Assembly: GCA_964636895.1 (NCBI GenBank)
Contig: CAZWUW010000003.1
Coordinates: 1-63,933, forward strand
Length of the DNA: 63,933 nucleotides
Reading direction: 5' to 3'
DNA from: an uncultured Eubacteriales bacterium
GTDB taxonomy: Bacteria > Bacillota > Thermincolia > Thermincolales > CAZWUW01
Numbering within the stretch: the first letter of the stretch is position 1; every line of letters begins with the position of its first letter. The translations under genes and the position numbers were made by a program. Positions 37,775-46,483 of this stretch are shown here, piece by piece. Under the pieces are notes generated by a model that was not told the DNA's origin, searched no databases, and was given only the letters and a program-made list of their open reading frames with translations.

Positions 37775-39856
37775 TTAAACCTCCATTTTCTCTTGCTCCT
37801 CACAACTCTCTTCTTCGACTAACCTGAACTTAGATACCATCCCGGCCAGTTCCTGAGCCACATTCATCAACAGGTGGGAGGTATCATTAATTTCGGCCAG
37901 CGCATTGGTCTGGTGATGCGTACTCTGAGCAATGTATTCTGCTCCCTTGTTAGTCTCCGCAGTAATCAGACTAATGCTTTCCACCGCCTGGGCTATTTCC
38001 TCTACCGAATGACTTTGGCCCTCTACGCTGGCCATAATATTTTCTATGATGCCGTAATTTTTGTTAATCTCCGTAATAATTTTCTGCAGACTAACCACAG
38101 TTTGGTCAGCAAGAACCATGCCGCTTTTTACAGAAACAGTTACCTGATCCATATCATTAAGCAATATTTCTTCTCTTTTACGAATATTTTCAATAATTGT
38201 ATTTATCTCTTTGGCTGCTGAGCTGCTTTCCTCGGCTAAAATCTTGATACGGTCCGCTACAACGCCGAAGCTCCGGCCAAATTCCCCCGCCTGGGCCGCC
38301 TCTATGGCCGCATTTAAAGCCAACAGGTTAGTCTCCTGAGCCACTGTCTTGATCATTTTTACAAAGTTCATAATCTGCTCGATGGCAACGTAAAGTTCCT
38401 TTAGCGAATTAGCTGTTTCCAATGTGGATTTTTCAATTTCCTGCAGTGACCCGGCCGCATTTTCCACCGATTCCTCACCGGTGACTGCCAGTTCAGTAGT
38501 CAGGCGGCTGTTTTCAACGGCCTCAGTACTGGCTGTATTTATACGGCGCACTTCTTCAACAATCTGATTCATCACCACCCCTAATTCATGAATGCTGGCG
38601 TTGTTAGCTTCGGCTCCGGCCGAAACTTCCTGGGTAACACCCGATATTTGTACCATATCATCTTTAATCTGCGCTACCGAATTATTAAGGTTTGCGGCCA
38701 TGGTATCTACCAGTTTTGCGGTATCCCGCATCTTTCTGATCATCATATTTTTCTGTTCTATCATGGTGTTGTATATGCCGGCCAGTTCCTCAAACTCATC
38801 TCCGGTTTTTATATCGGCCTTTACTGTAAAATCATTGTCTTCTACCTTTTTCAACAAATGCATAATCTGAGTCAGGGCAGCTGTGAACCTGCGAACCAAT
38901 AAAACTCCAATTAATAGGGAAAATATACCGCTGGCCGCCATTGTCATCAGAGACATAAACCTGATTCTGTTCGCAGCAGCAAAATATTCTTCCTTAGCAA
39001 CAAAAACCGTTACTACCCACCTGGATTTTGGTACTGTTTTATAAAAAACCATATAGCTTTCCTGACCCAGTTGAATTTCTCTAATGCCCTGAATCTTGCT
39101 GGCATCCGTTTTTATATCGGCAAGAATTTCCCGCATCACGGGATACTCTGTTGTTGTTAACATTTTAACCTGTTTTGGATGATAAAGCACGATTCCATTG
39201 TTATTAACCATATAACCAAACCCGCGCTGACCAAAAGACCTTTGATACAAGTGCCTGGTAAAATAGCTTAAATCGTAGGTAATAACCACTACTCCGGTTA
39301 CCAGTCCGGTCTGCTCCATGACAGGATAAGACATTGATATGACCGGCAGTTTAATATTTGTTTTACTGTAATTGGATAACATTGCCCCACCAATGGCAAA
39401 GCGCCGCTCCTGAATGGCTTTAGTAAAATAGTCTTGTTTGCGCAAATCCAAACCCTGGTATTTGCCATGCCAACTGTCGGCGACCACCCGGCCGTTTTTG
39501 GCCACTACAAACATGTTTTCATAGATACCGCCGGCTTTCACATAGTTATCACGAAGTGCACCGGTAACTTCACGAAGATTATCAAGGTTATTGATTTTAC
39601 CGGTATTATTATAATCATTAAGTATTTTTCTGAATGAAGGTGTAGTGGCCAGGTTTTTTAACATGCCTTCCGTATCTTCAACTGAAGTTTCCATGGCATT
39701 GGCCATGCCTTTAACAATTTCCTGCAGCCGACTTTCTTCGCTTTGACGAATGGCATTATAGGTTTCTATATATGCAAAACCACCCAGCAGTATTATGGGT
39801 ATTACAGATGTTATTAAAAATAAAATGCTCAGCTTATATTTAATACTAATTTTCAT
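37775..39856 (-). CDS. Methyl-accepting chemotaxis protein with a double-Cache-like sensor and HAMP.
   Basis: ATG at 39856 after GAGGGAG. TM, a periplasmic domain of about 270 aa, TM, HAMP, then the signalling domain ...LLALNAAIEAAQAGEFGRSFGVVADRIKILAEES... Confidence 0.9.
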   Translation of the reverse strand: MKISIKYKLSILFLITSVIPIILLGGFAYIETYNAIRQSEESRLQEIVKGMANAMETSVEDTEGMLKNLATTPSFRKILNDYNNTGKINNLDNLREVTGALRDNYVKAGGIYENMFVVAKNGRVVADSWHGKYQGLDLRKQDYFTKAIQERRFAIGGAMLSNYSKTNIKLPVISMSYPVMEQTGLVTGVVVITYDLSYFTRHLYQRSFGQRGFGYMVNNNGIVLYHPKQVKMLTTTEYPVMREILADIKTDASKIQGIREIQLGQESYMVFYKTVPKSRWVVTVFVAKEEYFAAANRIRFMSLMTMAASGIFSLLIGVLLVRRFTAALTQIMHLLKKVEDNDFTVKADIKTGDEFEELAGIYNTMIEQKNMMIRKMRDTAKLVDTMAANLNNSVAQIKDDMVQISGVTQEVSAGAEANNASIHELGVVMNQIVEEVRRINTASTEAVENSRLTTELAVTGEESVENAAGSLQEIEKSTLETANSLKELYVAIEQIMNFVKMIKTVAQETNLLALNAAIEAAQAGEFGRSFGVVADRIKILAEESSSAAKEINTIIENIRKREEILLNDMDQVTVSVKSGMVLADQTVVSLQKIITEINKNYGIIENIMASVEGQSHSVEEIAQAVESISLITAETNKGAEYIAQSTHHQTNALAEINDTSHLLMNVAQELAGMVSKFRLVEEESCEEQEKMEV

Positions 39857-39905
39857 TAGCTTCTCCCTCATTAAATCATTTTATGATGTGCTTTTCTACG
39901 CATTC

Positions 39906-39933
39906 TTTAAAGAGGTTGTTAACCGGGTGTTAA
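39906..39933 (-). promoter_or_regulatory. Pho-box-like phased hexamers upstream of mcp.
   Basis: Minus strand: TTAACA(39933-39928)-n5-TTAACA(39922-39917)-n5-TTTAAA(39911-39906). About 50 nt upstream of the mcp ATG. Confidence 0.5.
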
Positions 39934-40028
39934 TATTTGCTTAAAATTTATGGCGTTAAAAAGTCTATGAAAAAAGGTCATCACTTGAAATAATCCACTA
40001 AGACTAATTTCAAGTTTTGACCTTTGTA

Positions 40029-40742
40029 TTATGACGATGTGTCCCGGAACTTGTAGCCTATTCCCCGAATGGTCTCTATGTAGACTGGGTTACCCGGATC
40101 CGGCTCAACTTTTAAACGCAAATGCCGAATATGTACATCAACGGTTCTGGTATCATGACTATAATCAAACCCCCAAATCTGATCCAGCAGAAAGTCCCTG
40201 GTGAAAACCTTGCCAGGGTTAGTGGCCATCAACTTCAGCAATTCATACTCTTTCAGCGTAAATTCCCGTTTCCTGTCGTTAATCCAGACTTCAAACTGGT
40301 CAGGTTTGATAGTAATATGACCAAATACAATTTCCGACTGTTTATCCCATTTACTAACTGCCGGAGTAAATTTCCTCAAGCGTGCTTTTACTCTGGCTAT
40401 AAGCTCCCGGGGACTAAATGGTTTAGTCATATAGTCATCGGCACCAATTTCCAAACCCAGCACCTTATCCAGTTCGTCAGTTTTAGCAGTAAGCATAATT
40501 ATAGGAATTCCTGTGGTTTTGTCATTTTTCCGCAGTTGACGGCATACTTCCAATCCGTCTATACCTGGTAACATAACGTCAAGTATGATTAAATCCGGTT
40601 TTTCTATTTCCGCCATTTTCAGGGCAGTAATTCCCTCAGTAGACACCTTTACCTGAAAACCTTCTTTCTCGAGATTAAATCTGATTAACTCAAGAATATG
40701 GATTTCATCATCTACCACTAATATACCGGGCATCCTACTCAC
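40029..40742 (-). CDS. OmpR/PhoB-family response regulator (PhoP/PhoB-like).
   Basis: 237 aa. Receiver domain DDE...D(54)VMLPG...K, then a winged-helix C-terminus ...IETIRGIGYKFR. Confidence 0.9.
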   Translation of the reverse strand: MSRMPGILVVDDEIHILELIRFNLEKEGFQVKVSTEGITALKMAEIEKPDLIILDVMLPGIDGLEVCRQLRKNDKTTGIPIIMLTAKTDELDKVLGLEIGADDYMTKPFSPRELIARVKARLRKFTPAVSKWDKQSEIVFGHITIKPDQFEVWINDRKREFTLKEYELLKLMATNPGKVFTRDFLLDQIWGFDYSHDTRTVDVHIRHLRLKVEPDPGNPVYIETIRGIGYKFRDTSS

Positions 40743-40764
40743 CTCATTTTTAGCCTTTATTTAC

Positions 40765-40818
40765 AATTTACATTACCAATGTAAAAGCTGCGTTGGCGAC
40801 TGGTTAATTCTATGTTAA
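40765..40818 (-). promoter_or_regulatory. Pho-box-like hexamers plus -10 upstream of the response regulator.
   Basis: Minus strand: TTAACA(40818-40813)-n5-TTAACC(40807-40802)-n16-TTTACA(40785-40780)-n9-TAAATT(40770-40765). The hexamers are in an 11-bp register. Confidence 0.5.
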
Positions 40819-40851
40819 TTTATGGTTATAATTTCGTTTTTCTAATTCTAA

Positions 40852-41625
40852 TTATCCGAAATTGCCTACTAGATAATCTTCAGTTGTCTTTACCCGGGGA
40901 TTGACCAGAATTTCATCGGCCTTGCCATGCTCCACCAACTCACCGTTCAGGAAAAAGGCGATGCGATCAGATATTCTCCGCGCCTGGCCTAAATTATGGG
41001 TAACCACCACTACAGTATAAGTGCTTTTTAATTCATTGAGCAGCGCCTCAATTTTGGAAGTTGAAATTGGATCCAGACTGGCACATGGCTCGTCTAACAA
41101 AATAATCTCCGGTTTTACAGCCAGTACCCGGGCGATACAAAGTCGCTGCTGTTGTCCGCCGGATAATGAAAACCCGGAACTATGTATTTTATCCTTGACC
41201 TCATCCCAAAGATTGGCCTGCCGCAGACTTTTTTCAATAATCTCTGTTAATTCTATTTTTGTAACGTCAGGATTACTCTCTCTGACACCAAAGGCAACAT
41301 TTTCAAAAATTGTCATTTGAAACGGGTTTGGATGCTGAAAGACCATACCTACCTTGCGGCGCAGAACCACCGGATCAACTCTGGTATCGTATATATTGTG
41401 GCCGTCCAAAGTAATATTTCCCGACAACTTAAAAGTTGGCACTAAGTCACACAATCTGTTAAGACATCTAAGCAGAGTAGTTTTTCCACAGCCGGACGGA
41501 CCAATTAAGGCCAAAATTTCTCTTTTAAAAATATCAAGACTAACATCTTTGAGTACCTGTTGCTTGCCATACCAAGCATTGACATTATTTACGGACATGT
41601 TCAACTGATTTGCATTGTTTATCAT
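40852..41625 (-). CDS. pstB: Phosphate ABC transporter ATP-binding protein.
   Basis: Walker A GPSGCGKTT, signature LSGGQQQRLCIAR, Walker B ILLDEP. Confidence 0.95.
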   Translation of the reverse strand: MINNANQLNMSVNNVNAWYGKQQVLKDVSLDIFKREILALIGPSGCGKTTLLRCLNRLCDLVPTFKLSGNITLDGHNIYDTRVDPVVLRRKVGMVFQHPNPFQMTIFENVAFGVRESNPDVTKIELTEIIEKSLRQANLWDEVKDKIHSSGFSLSGGQQQRLCIARVLAVKPEIILLDEPCASLDPISTSKIEALLNELKSTYTVVVVTHNLGQARRISDRIAFFLNGELVEHGKADEILVNPRVKTTEDYLVGNFG

Positions 41626-42554
41626 TGAGACACCTCCTTGGTAGTTTTACGGCTGATTAAGTCAACTAAAAAATTAATTGCCAAAATTATCAGGATTAGC
41701 ACTACACTTGCCCCAAAAGCCTTGATGGCAGAATTTCCCTCTCCCGCGGGAGAAGAGAAATAAATATATGTAGTCAGCGTACTACCTGTATTTTGGAGGG
41801 TGCTCAGCCAGTTTTGCGGCTGCCACCAGGGTTGATTACCGGTCATATTCATAGAACCGCCCAGGGTTAGCCATACAATAGCAGTATCGCCGGCAATCCG
41901 GCCGATACCAAGTACTGTCCCGGTTACGATGCCGGGCCGAGCCACCGGCAATACTACCCGGAGGATTGTCCGCCATTTGCTGGCACCGAGAGACATGGCC
42001 GCTTCCCGGTAAGAATTGGGTACGGCTTTGATAGCTTCTTCCGCAGATTTAATAATAAATGGCAGCACCATAATAGCCATGGTTATGCCGGCAACAAAAA
42101 ATGACCGGCCAAAGGCCTTGGCATTTTCAACCCCTTCGGCATACGTACTCAAAAAACCCATACCGGGGAGCGTAAAAATAGCCAAGCCAAATATTGCATA
42201 AATTATTGTCGGTACACCGGCTAACACTTCAATTCCGGAGCGTAGTAAGGCAATCATGCGGGTATTTGGTGCGTATTCAGCCAGATATATGGCCGTTGCC
42301 ACGGCCCATGGCAAGGCCACAATAATCCCAATGACAATAAGCATAATTGTACCAACAATTGGGGTCCGGATTCCGCCGCTTTGATTCTGGTCCATACTGG
42401 GGGCCGGATCCTCGAATAAAAATGCCGGATTAATGGCTTGCAACCCATTTGCAAACAAATAAACAACTATTGCCAAGCATATAATAATCGCTAAAATTCC
42501 GGCCAGCCAACAAAATGCCGGGCCCGGCGTAATTCTTCCTTTAGACTGCAGCAT
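41622..42554 (-). CDS. pstA: Phosphate ABC transporter permease PstA (second operon).
   Basis: The ORF track extends to 42590. I prefer the ATG at 42554 (GGGGG 8 nt upstream). Contains YREAAMSLGASKWRTILRVVLP. Confidence 0.9.
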   Translation of the reverse strand: MLQSKGRITPGPAFCWLAGILAIIICLAIVVYLFANGLQAINPAFLFEDPAPSMDQNQSGGIRTPIVGTIMLIVIGIIVALPWAVATAIYLAEYAPNTRMIALLRSGIEVLAGVPTIIYAIFGLAIFTLPGMGFLSTYAEGVENAKAFGRSFFVAGITMAIMVLPFIIKSAEEAIKAVPNSYREAAMSLGASKWRTILRVVLPVARPGIVTGTVLGIGRIAGDTAIVWLTLGGSMNMTGNQPWWQPQNWLSTLQNTGSTLTTYIYFSSPAGEGNSAIKAFGASVVLILIILAINFLVDLISRKTTKEVSQ

Positions 42555-43587
42555 CAGACGAACCCCCTTTCGAGACACTACGGGCAACAAGTTTGGCCGA
42601 AATACTCAATAGCATACTGCTAAGCAATAAAAGTGTCCCCAGTGTAAAAAGCGCCGACTCTGTAGAAATGACACTCATGCCTTCACCGTTATCTACAATT
42701 GTTGACGCCATGGTACGTAAAGGTTCCAGGAAAAATACCAGACCATGCCTGATATCCGGTAGAAAGGCCACACTGCCGCTAACCATGGATAAAGCAATGG
42801 CTTCCCCGACTGCTCTGCCGGCGGCCAAAATTGCACCGGCAACAATCCCCGGCCGGGCAACTGGCAGCATTATTTTTATGATTACACGCCAGGGCGTAAC
42901 ACCCAGGGCCAGTGCCCCTTCTTTAAAAGAATTAGGTACTGCCCGCAGGGCATCAGCAGCCAAAGCAATGAATATTGGCATAATCATAATTGCCAGGACT
43001 ATTATGCCTACCAACAGACCGGTGCCGTCCATAGCAAACTGCTGAATATATTTTAAAGCCAACTGATCAGAAACAAAGGTTTGACGAATAAAGGGAACGA
43101 TTACCAAAAGACCAATAAGACCATATATTACCGATGGTATCGAAGCCAGCAGACGTACTGTTGATTCCATTGGCTTCCTGAGCCATAACGGCGCCAGTTC
43201 AACCAGAAAGATAGCACAGCCAAGCCCCAGTGGCACAGCAATAAAAAGTGCACCAAAAGTGGTAAGAAAAGTCCCTGCAATAATTGGCAGAGCCCCAAAT
43301 TTCCAACTGGGAGTAGTGTTGCCTGCCAGCCAAGCGGCAGTGAAATCCTCGTCCCAGCCTTTTCCGCTAATGAATGATAAACCATTTTGCTGAAGTACAG
43401 GTAACGCTTTTTGGGTCACGAACATGAATATAACTAATATAAGTACGCTACTTAAAATTGTGGCAATAAGGAGGGAATTTTCCGCGAGCTTTTCTGACCA
43501 ATAGCGAATTTTTTGATGCTGCTTCCGTCCCTGTACAGTTAAATCCAGTGCCTGTACTTCGGGTCGGATGGAATCCATCTGGTTCAT
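42541..43587 (-). CDS. pstC: Phosphate ABC transporter permease PstC (second operon).
   Basis: The ORF track extends to 43602. I prefer the ATG at 43587 (GAGGGGTGG upstream). Contains FKEGALALGVTPWRVIIKIMLP. Confidence 0.9.
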   Translation of the reverse strand: MNQMDSIRPEVQALDLTVQGRKQHQKIRYWSEKLAENSLLIATILSSVLILVIFMFVTQKALPVLQQNGLSFISGKGWDEDFTAAWLAGNTTPSWKFGALPIIAGTFLTTFGALFIAVPLGLGCAIFLVELAPLWLRKPMESTVRLLASIPSVIYGLIGLLVIVPFIRQTFVSDQLALKYIQQFAMDGTGLLVGIIVLAIMIMPIFIALAADALRAVPNSFKEGALALGVTPWRVIIKIMLPVARPGIVAGAILAAGRAVGEAIALSMVSGSVAFLPDIRHGLVFFLEPLRTMASTIVDNGEGMSVISTESALFTLGTLLLLSSMLLSISAKLVARSVSKGGSSDAAV

Positions 43588-43609
43588 TAAACCACCCCTC
43601 ACAAATATT

Positions 43610-43663
43610 AAAAAAAGGAATGCCGCCGCCAGTGTAACTGCTGACTGGCGGCAATTGCATTCC
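43610..43663 (-). terminator. Strong intra-operon terminator/attenuator between pstS and pstC.
   Basis: Minus strand: GGAATGC-aatt-GCCGCCAGT-(loop)-ACTGGCGGC-GGCATTCC followed by TTTTTTT. Confidence 0.7.
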
Positions 43664-43683
43664 AGTCACTGGATTAATTATAA

Positions 43684-44868
43684 TTAATCTGTTTCAACCG
43701 GGATATATTCATTTGCCACTATCTTCTGACCGGCAGGACTCTGAATATATTCTACAAAGGTTTTGGCCAGGCCATCAGCCTCACCTTTGGTAGCCATAAG
43801 GAACGGTCTGACAACTTTGTATGTATCATTTTTTGCGTTTGCAAAACTAGGTACAACACCGTCAAGTGTAGGTGCATTTACGGTTTTATCAATATAACCT
43901 AAAGAGATATACCCGATGGCGTTTTTATTGGAGGCAACAGCCTGGCGAACCAGCCCATTGGAAGCATGGGTCTTGGCAGTTACGGCGACTTTGCCACCTT
44001 TACCCAGGAAATGTTCAATAAAGTATTCACCGGTACCGGAAGCCGCATCACGCACATTCAGGATTATAGGTGCATCGGTGCCGCCAAGTTCTTTCCAACT
44101 GGTGATTTCCCCTTTGAAAACCTTTTTTACCTGTTCGGTGGTAAGGTTTTTAATAGGGTTATCAGGGTTTACAACCACAGCAATGCCGTCATTGGCAATA
44201 ATGTATGCTTTCAGCTTTTCAGCTTCTTCGGGTTTCAGAAAACGGGAAGAGTTACCGATATTAACCTTGCCTTCCGTTGCGTCTTTGATGCCTACACTGG
44301 AACCACCGCCGGTGACGGTAATTTGAACATCAGGATTTTTTTTCTTGAAGGCATCGGCCAGTTCCTGAGCCAATGGTTGAACGGAAGTAGAACCACTGAT
44401 TTTCAGTTCACCAGAATGTCCGGCAAACTGGTCGACAGTCACGGTTTTGGATGCAGCATCCCATTTAACGTTACAATTAAAAGCTTCACCGATGAAACGA
44501 AGGGGAACCAGGGTCTTACCGTTTTTAATCTTAGCCGGAACATCGAGTGTTACTGAATTGCCGTTTACTAAGGCTGTTTTTTCTCCGACTACCAGTTTTA
44601 CAGTAATGTTTTTCTTACTGGCGGTAATAGTCTTGGTTTGACCTTGCCAATCCAATTTGGCACCAAGAGCCTCAAAAATTTCTCTGATTGGTACCAGCGT
44701 GCGGCCATTTTCAATCTGTGGGGCAACAGTCATTTTTAAATTCGTATCATTAACAACAACCTTTATACCGGCAGCTTCAACCGGACCGACATTAACAAGA
44801 CCAAAGCCAAAAACTGTAAATAACATAGAAGCAATGATAAGCCAGCTAATCTTTTTCAAAACATTCAC
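43684..44868 (-). CDS. pstS: PstS phosphate-binding protein fused to an N-terminal copper-amine-oxidase-N-like domain.
   Basis: 394 aa. The signal peptide ends VEA-AG and there is no lipobox. Residues about 35-145 match the Cu-amine-oxidase N-terminal pattern (NGRTLVPIREIFEALGAKLDW...NGKTLVPLRFIGEAFNCNVKWD). PstS motifs follow (GSTSVQPL, GGGSSVG, RDAASGTGEYF). Confidence 0.85.
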   Translation of the reverse strand: MNVLKKISWLIIASMLFTVFGFGLVNVGPVEAAGIKVVVNDTNLKMTVAPQIENGRTLVPIREIFEALGAKLDWQGQTKTITASKKNITVKLVVGEKTALVNGNSVTLDVPAKIKNGKTLVPLRFIGEAFNCNVKWDAASKTVTVDQFAGHSGELKISGSTSVQPLAQELADAFKKKNPDVQITVTGGGSSVGIKDATEGKVNIGNSSRFLKPEEAEKLKAYIIANDGIAVVVNPDNPIKNLTTEQVKKVFKGEITSWKELGGTDAPIILNVRDAASGTGEYFIEHFLGKGGKVAVTAKTHASNGLVRQAVASNKNAIGYISLGYIDKTVNAPTLDGVVPSFANAKNDTYKVVRPFLMATKGEADGLAKTFVEYIQSPAGQKIVANEYIPVETD

Positions 44869-44969
44869 TCCTTAATTTTATTTTGCTTTTTTCATGCCAT
44901 CATTTTTTTCCCTTTAAGAATACCACCAGAACTGCTTCACCTCCCGTATGAATTTACAAAGGCATATTA

Positions 44970-45022
44970 ATAATAACGGTAATTTGTAAAATCTAACTTA
45001 CGTTATATTAAATCCTTGTTAA
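44970..45022 (-). promoter_or_regulatory. Pho-box array plus -10 upstream of the second pst operon.
   Basis: Minus strand: TTAACA(45022-45017)-n5-TTAATA-n5-TAAGTT-n4-TTTACA(44990-44985)-n9-TATTAT(44975-44970). Confidence 0.55.
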
Positions 45023-45156
45023 TTAAAACAAAAGTTTATGTTCACTTTTTGTCGATTGAATATGGATTTTATTGGACATGCTTTAAAAGTATAAAATATT
45101 GTTAAATGGATAATTTATTTCATGTATTTATTTATTAAATGAGAGGTGAATGATAC

Positions 45157-46143
45157 TTGTATAAAGCGGAAATCTTCAGATTGCTGGGTGTTAACATCGA
45201 TATGGCCATAGAAGCCCATGATATAGTACGTGGGGACACTGGTCAGGAAATAGCCGGCGTTAAAATGGACCGGGAGCAAACCGAATATGCGGAAGTCACC
45301 ATTATTAAAGTGCAGGACTCATCGGCCGAGCAAATTATGGGCAAGCCCCGGGGTACATATATAACGATTGATGCCCCGGTAATCCGCGAACCTGATAAAG
45401 TAGCTCATAAGGAAATTGCCAGGACTCTGGCCAAGCATTTAGGTACTATGCTGAAACTTGAACCAAAAGATAATGTCCTGATAATCGGGCTGGGCAACTG
45501 GAATGCCACTCCTGATGCCCTGGGTCCGCGGGTTGTGCACTATAGTTTGGTGACCCGGCATCTACATCAATATGCCCCCCCCGAAATTACGGCAGGGTTA
45601 CGCCCCGTCAGTGCACTGGCGCCTGGCGTGTTGGGTATCACCGGTATTGAAACCGCAGAAATAATAAAAGGCGTGGTCGAAAAAACCAAGCCTAATCTGG
45701 TTATTGCTATTGATGCCTTAGCAGCTCAAAGTGTGGAACGTATTGCCGCCTCCATTCAATTGGCTGATACCGGTATTAGTCCGGGTTCGGGTGTAGGCAA
45801 CAAACGCCAGGGTATTAATCATGAAAGCATGGGGGTACCGGTGATAGCTATAGGTGTACCTACAGTGGTTAATGCGGCTACTATTGCCCAAGAAACACTG
45901 GATAAATTTTTGCATCAAATGACCGCGAATCCGGTAACTCAAAATACGGTATCCGGTTTTAACCCAATAACCATGCAAGAAATAATTCAGGATGTTTTAA
46001 AACCATATTCCGCTAACTTGATGGTAACACCAAAGGAGATTGATGACTTGATCAACAACATCGGGAAAATTGTTGCCAACGGTGTATCTCAGGCATTACA
46101 TCCGGACATCGACCCGGAAGAATTTGAAACTTATCTGCATTAA
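45157..46143 (+). CDS. gpr: Germination protease (GPR endopeptidase).
   Basis: 328 aa, TTG start after GAGAGGTGA. Contains ...IGLGNWNATPDALGPRVV... and ...AIDALAA...SIQLADTGISPGSGVGN... Confidence 0.9.
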   Translation: MYKAEIFRLLGVNIDMAIEAHDIVRGDTGQEIAGVKMDREQTEYAEVTIIKVQDSSAEQIMGKPRGTYITIDAPVIREPDKVAHKEIARTLAKHLGTMLKLEPKDNVLIIGLGNWNATPDALGPRVVHYSLVTRHLHQYAPPEITAGLRPVSALAPGVLGITGIETAEIIKGVVEKTKPNLVIAIDALAAQSVERIAASIQLADTGISPGSGVGNKRQGINHESMGVPVIAIGVPTVVNAATIAQETLDKFLHQMTANPVTQNTVSGFNPITMQEIIQDVLKPYSANLMVTPKEIDDLINNIGKIVANGVSQALHPDIDPEEFETYLH

Positions 46144-46154
46144 GTTTACAAATT

Positions 46155-46184
46155 GAACAAGCGGACCCGATAGTCCGCTTGTTC
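46155..46184. terminator. Hairpin between the convergent gpr and SASP genes.
   Basis: GAACAAGCGGAC-ccgata-GTCCGCTTGTTC (12-bp stem). The flanking U/A runs are weak. Confidence 0.5.
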
Positions 46185-46200
46185 AGGATATATCTTAAAT

Positions 46201-46434
46201 CTAGGGAGTAGTGGTGCCGGCACCACCGGCTAAGGATTGTTCATAAGCCTGAATCATCCGCCGAACCATGTGGCCGCCAACGGCACCACAGTCCCTAGAA
46301 GAGATGTTACCCCAGTAACCACCCTGAATTTGACTGGTAACGCCAACTTCATTAGCCATTTCATACTTAAACTGATACATGGCTTTTTGAGCTTCAGGGA
46401 CAACTAATTGGTTCCTTTTTTGTCCGGTTCCCAT
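46201..46434 (-). CDS. Small acid-soluble spore protein, alpha/beta type.
   Basis: ATG at 46434 after GGGGGGAATAATTCA. Reads MGTGQKRNQLVVPEAQKAMYQFKYEMANEVGV...GGYWGNISSRDCGAVGGHMVRRMI. Confidence 0.9.
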   Translation of the reverse strand: MGTGQKRNQLVVPEAQKAMYQFKYEMANEVGVTSQIQGGYWGNISSRDCGAVGGHMVRRMIQAYEQSLAGGAGTTTP

Positions 46435-46483
46435 TGAATTATTCCCCCCTTTCTGCAATTCATATCGGGGTCATAAGGTATCA

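Noticed and set aside
45060-45156. Forespore (sigmaF/G) promoter for gpr: GTATA-14 nt-GGATAATTTA.
   Set aside because: It matches the consensus I recall only partially, the spacer is off by one, and the region is very AT-rich. It is too weak to annotate.
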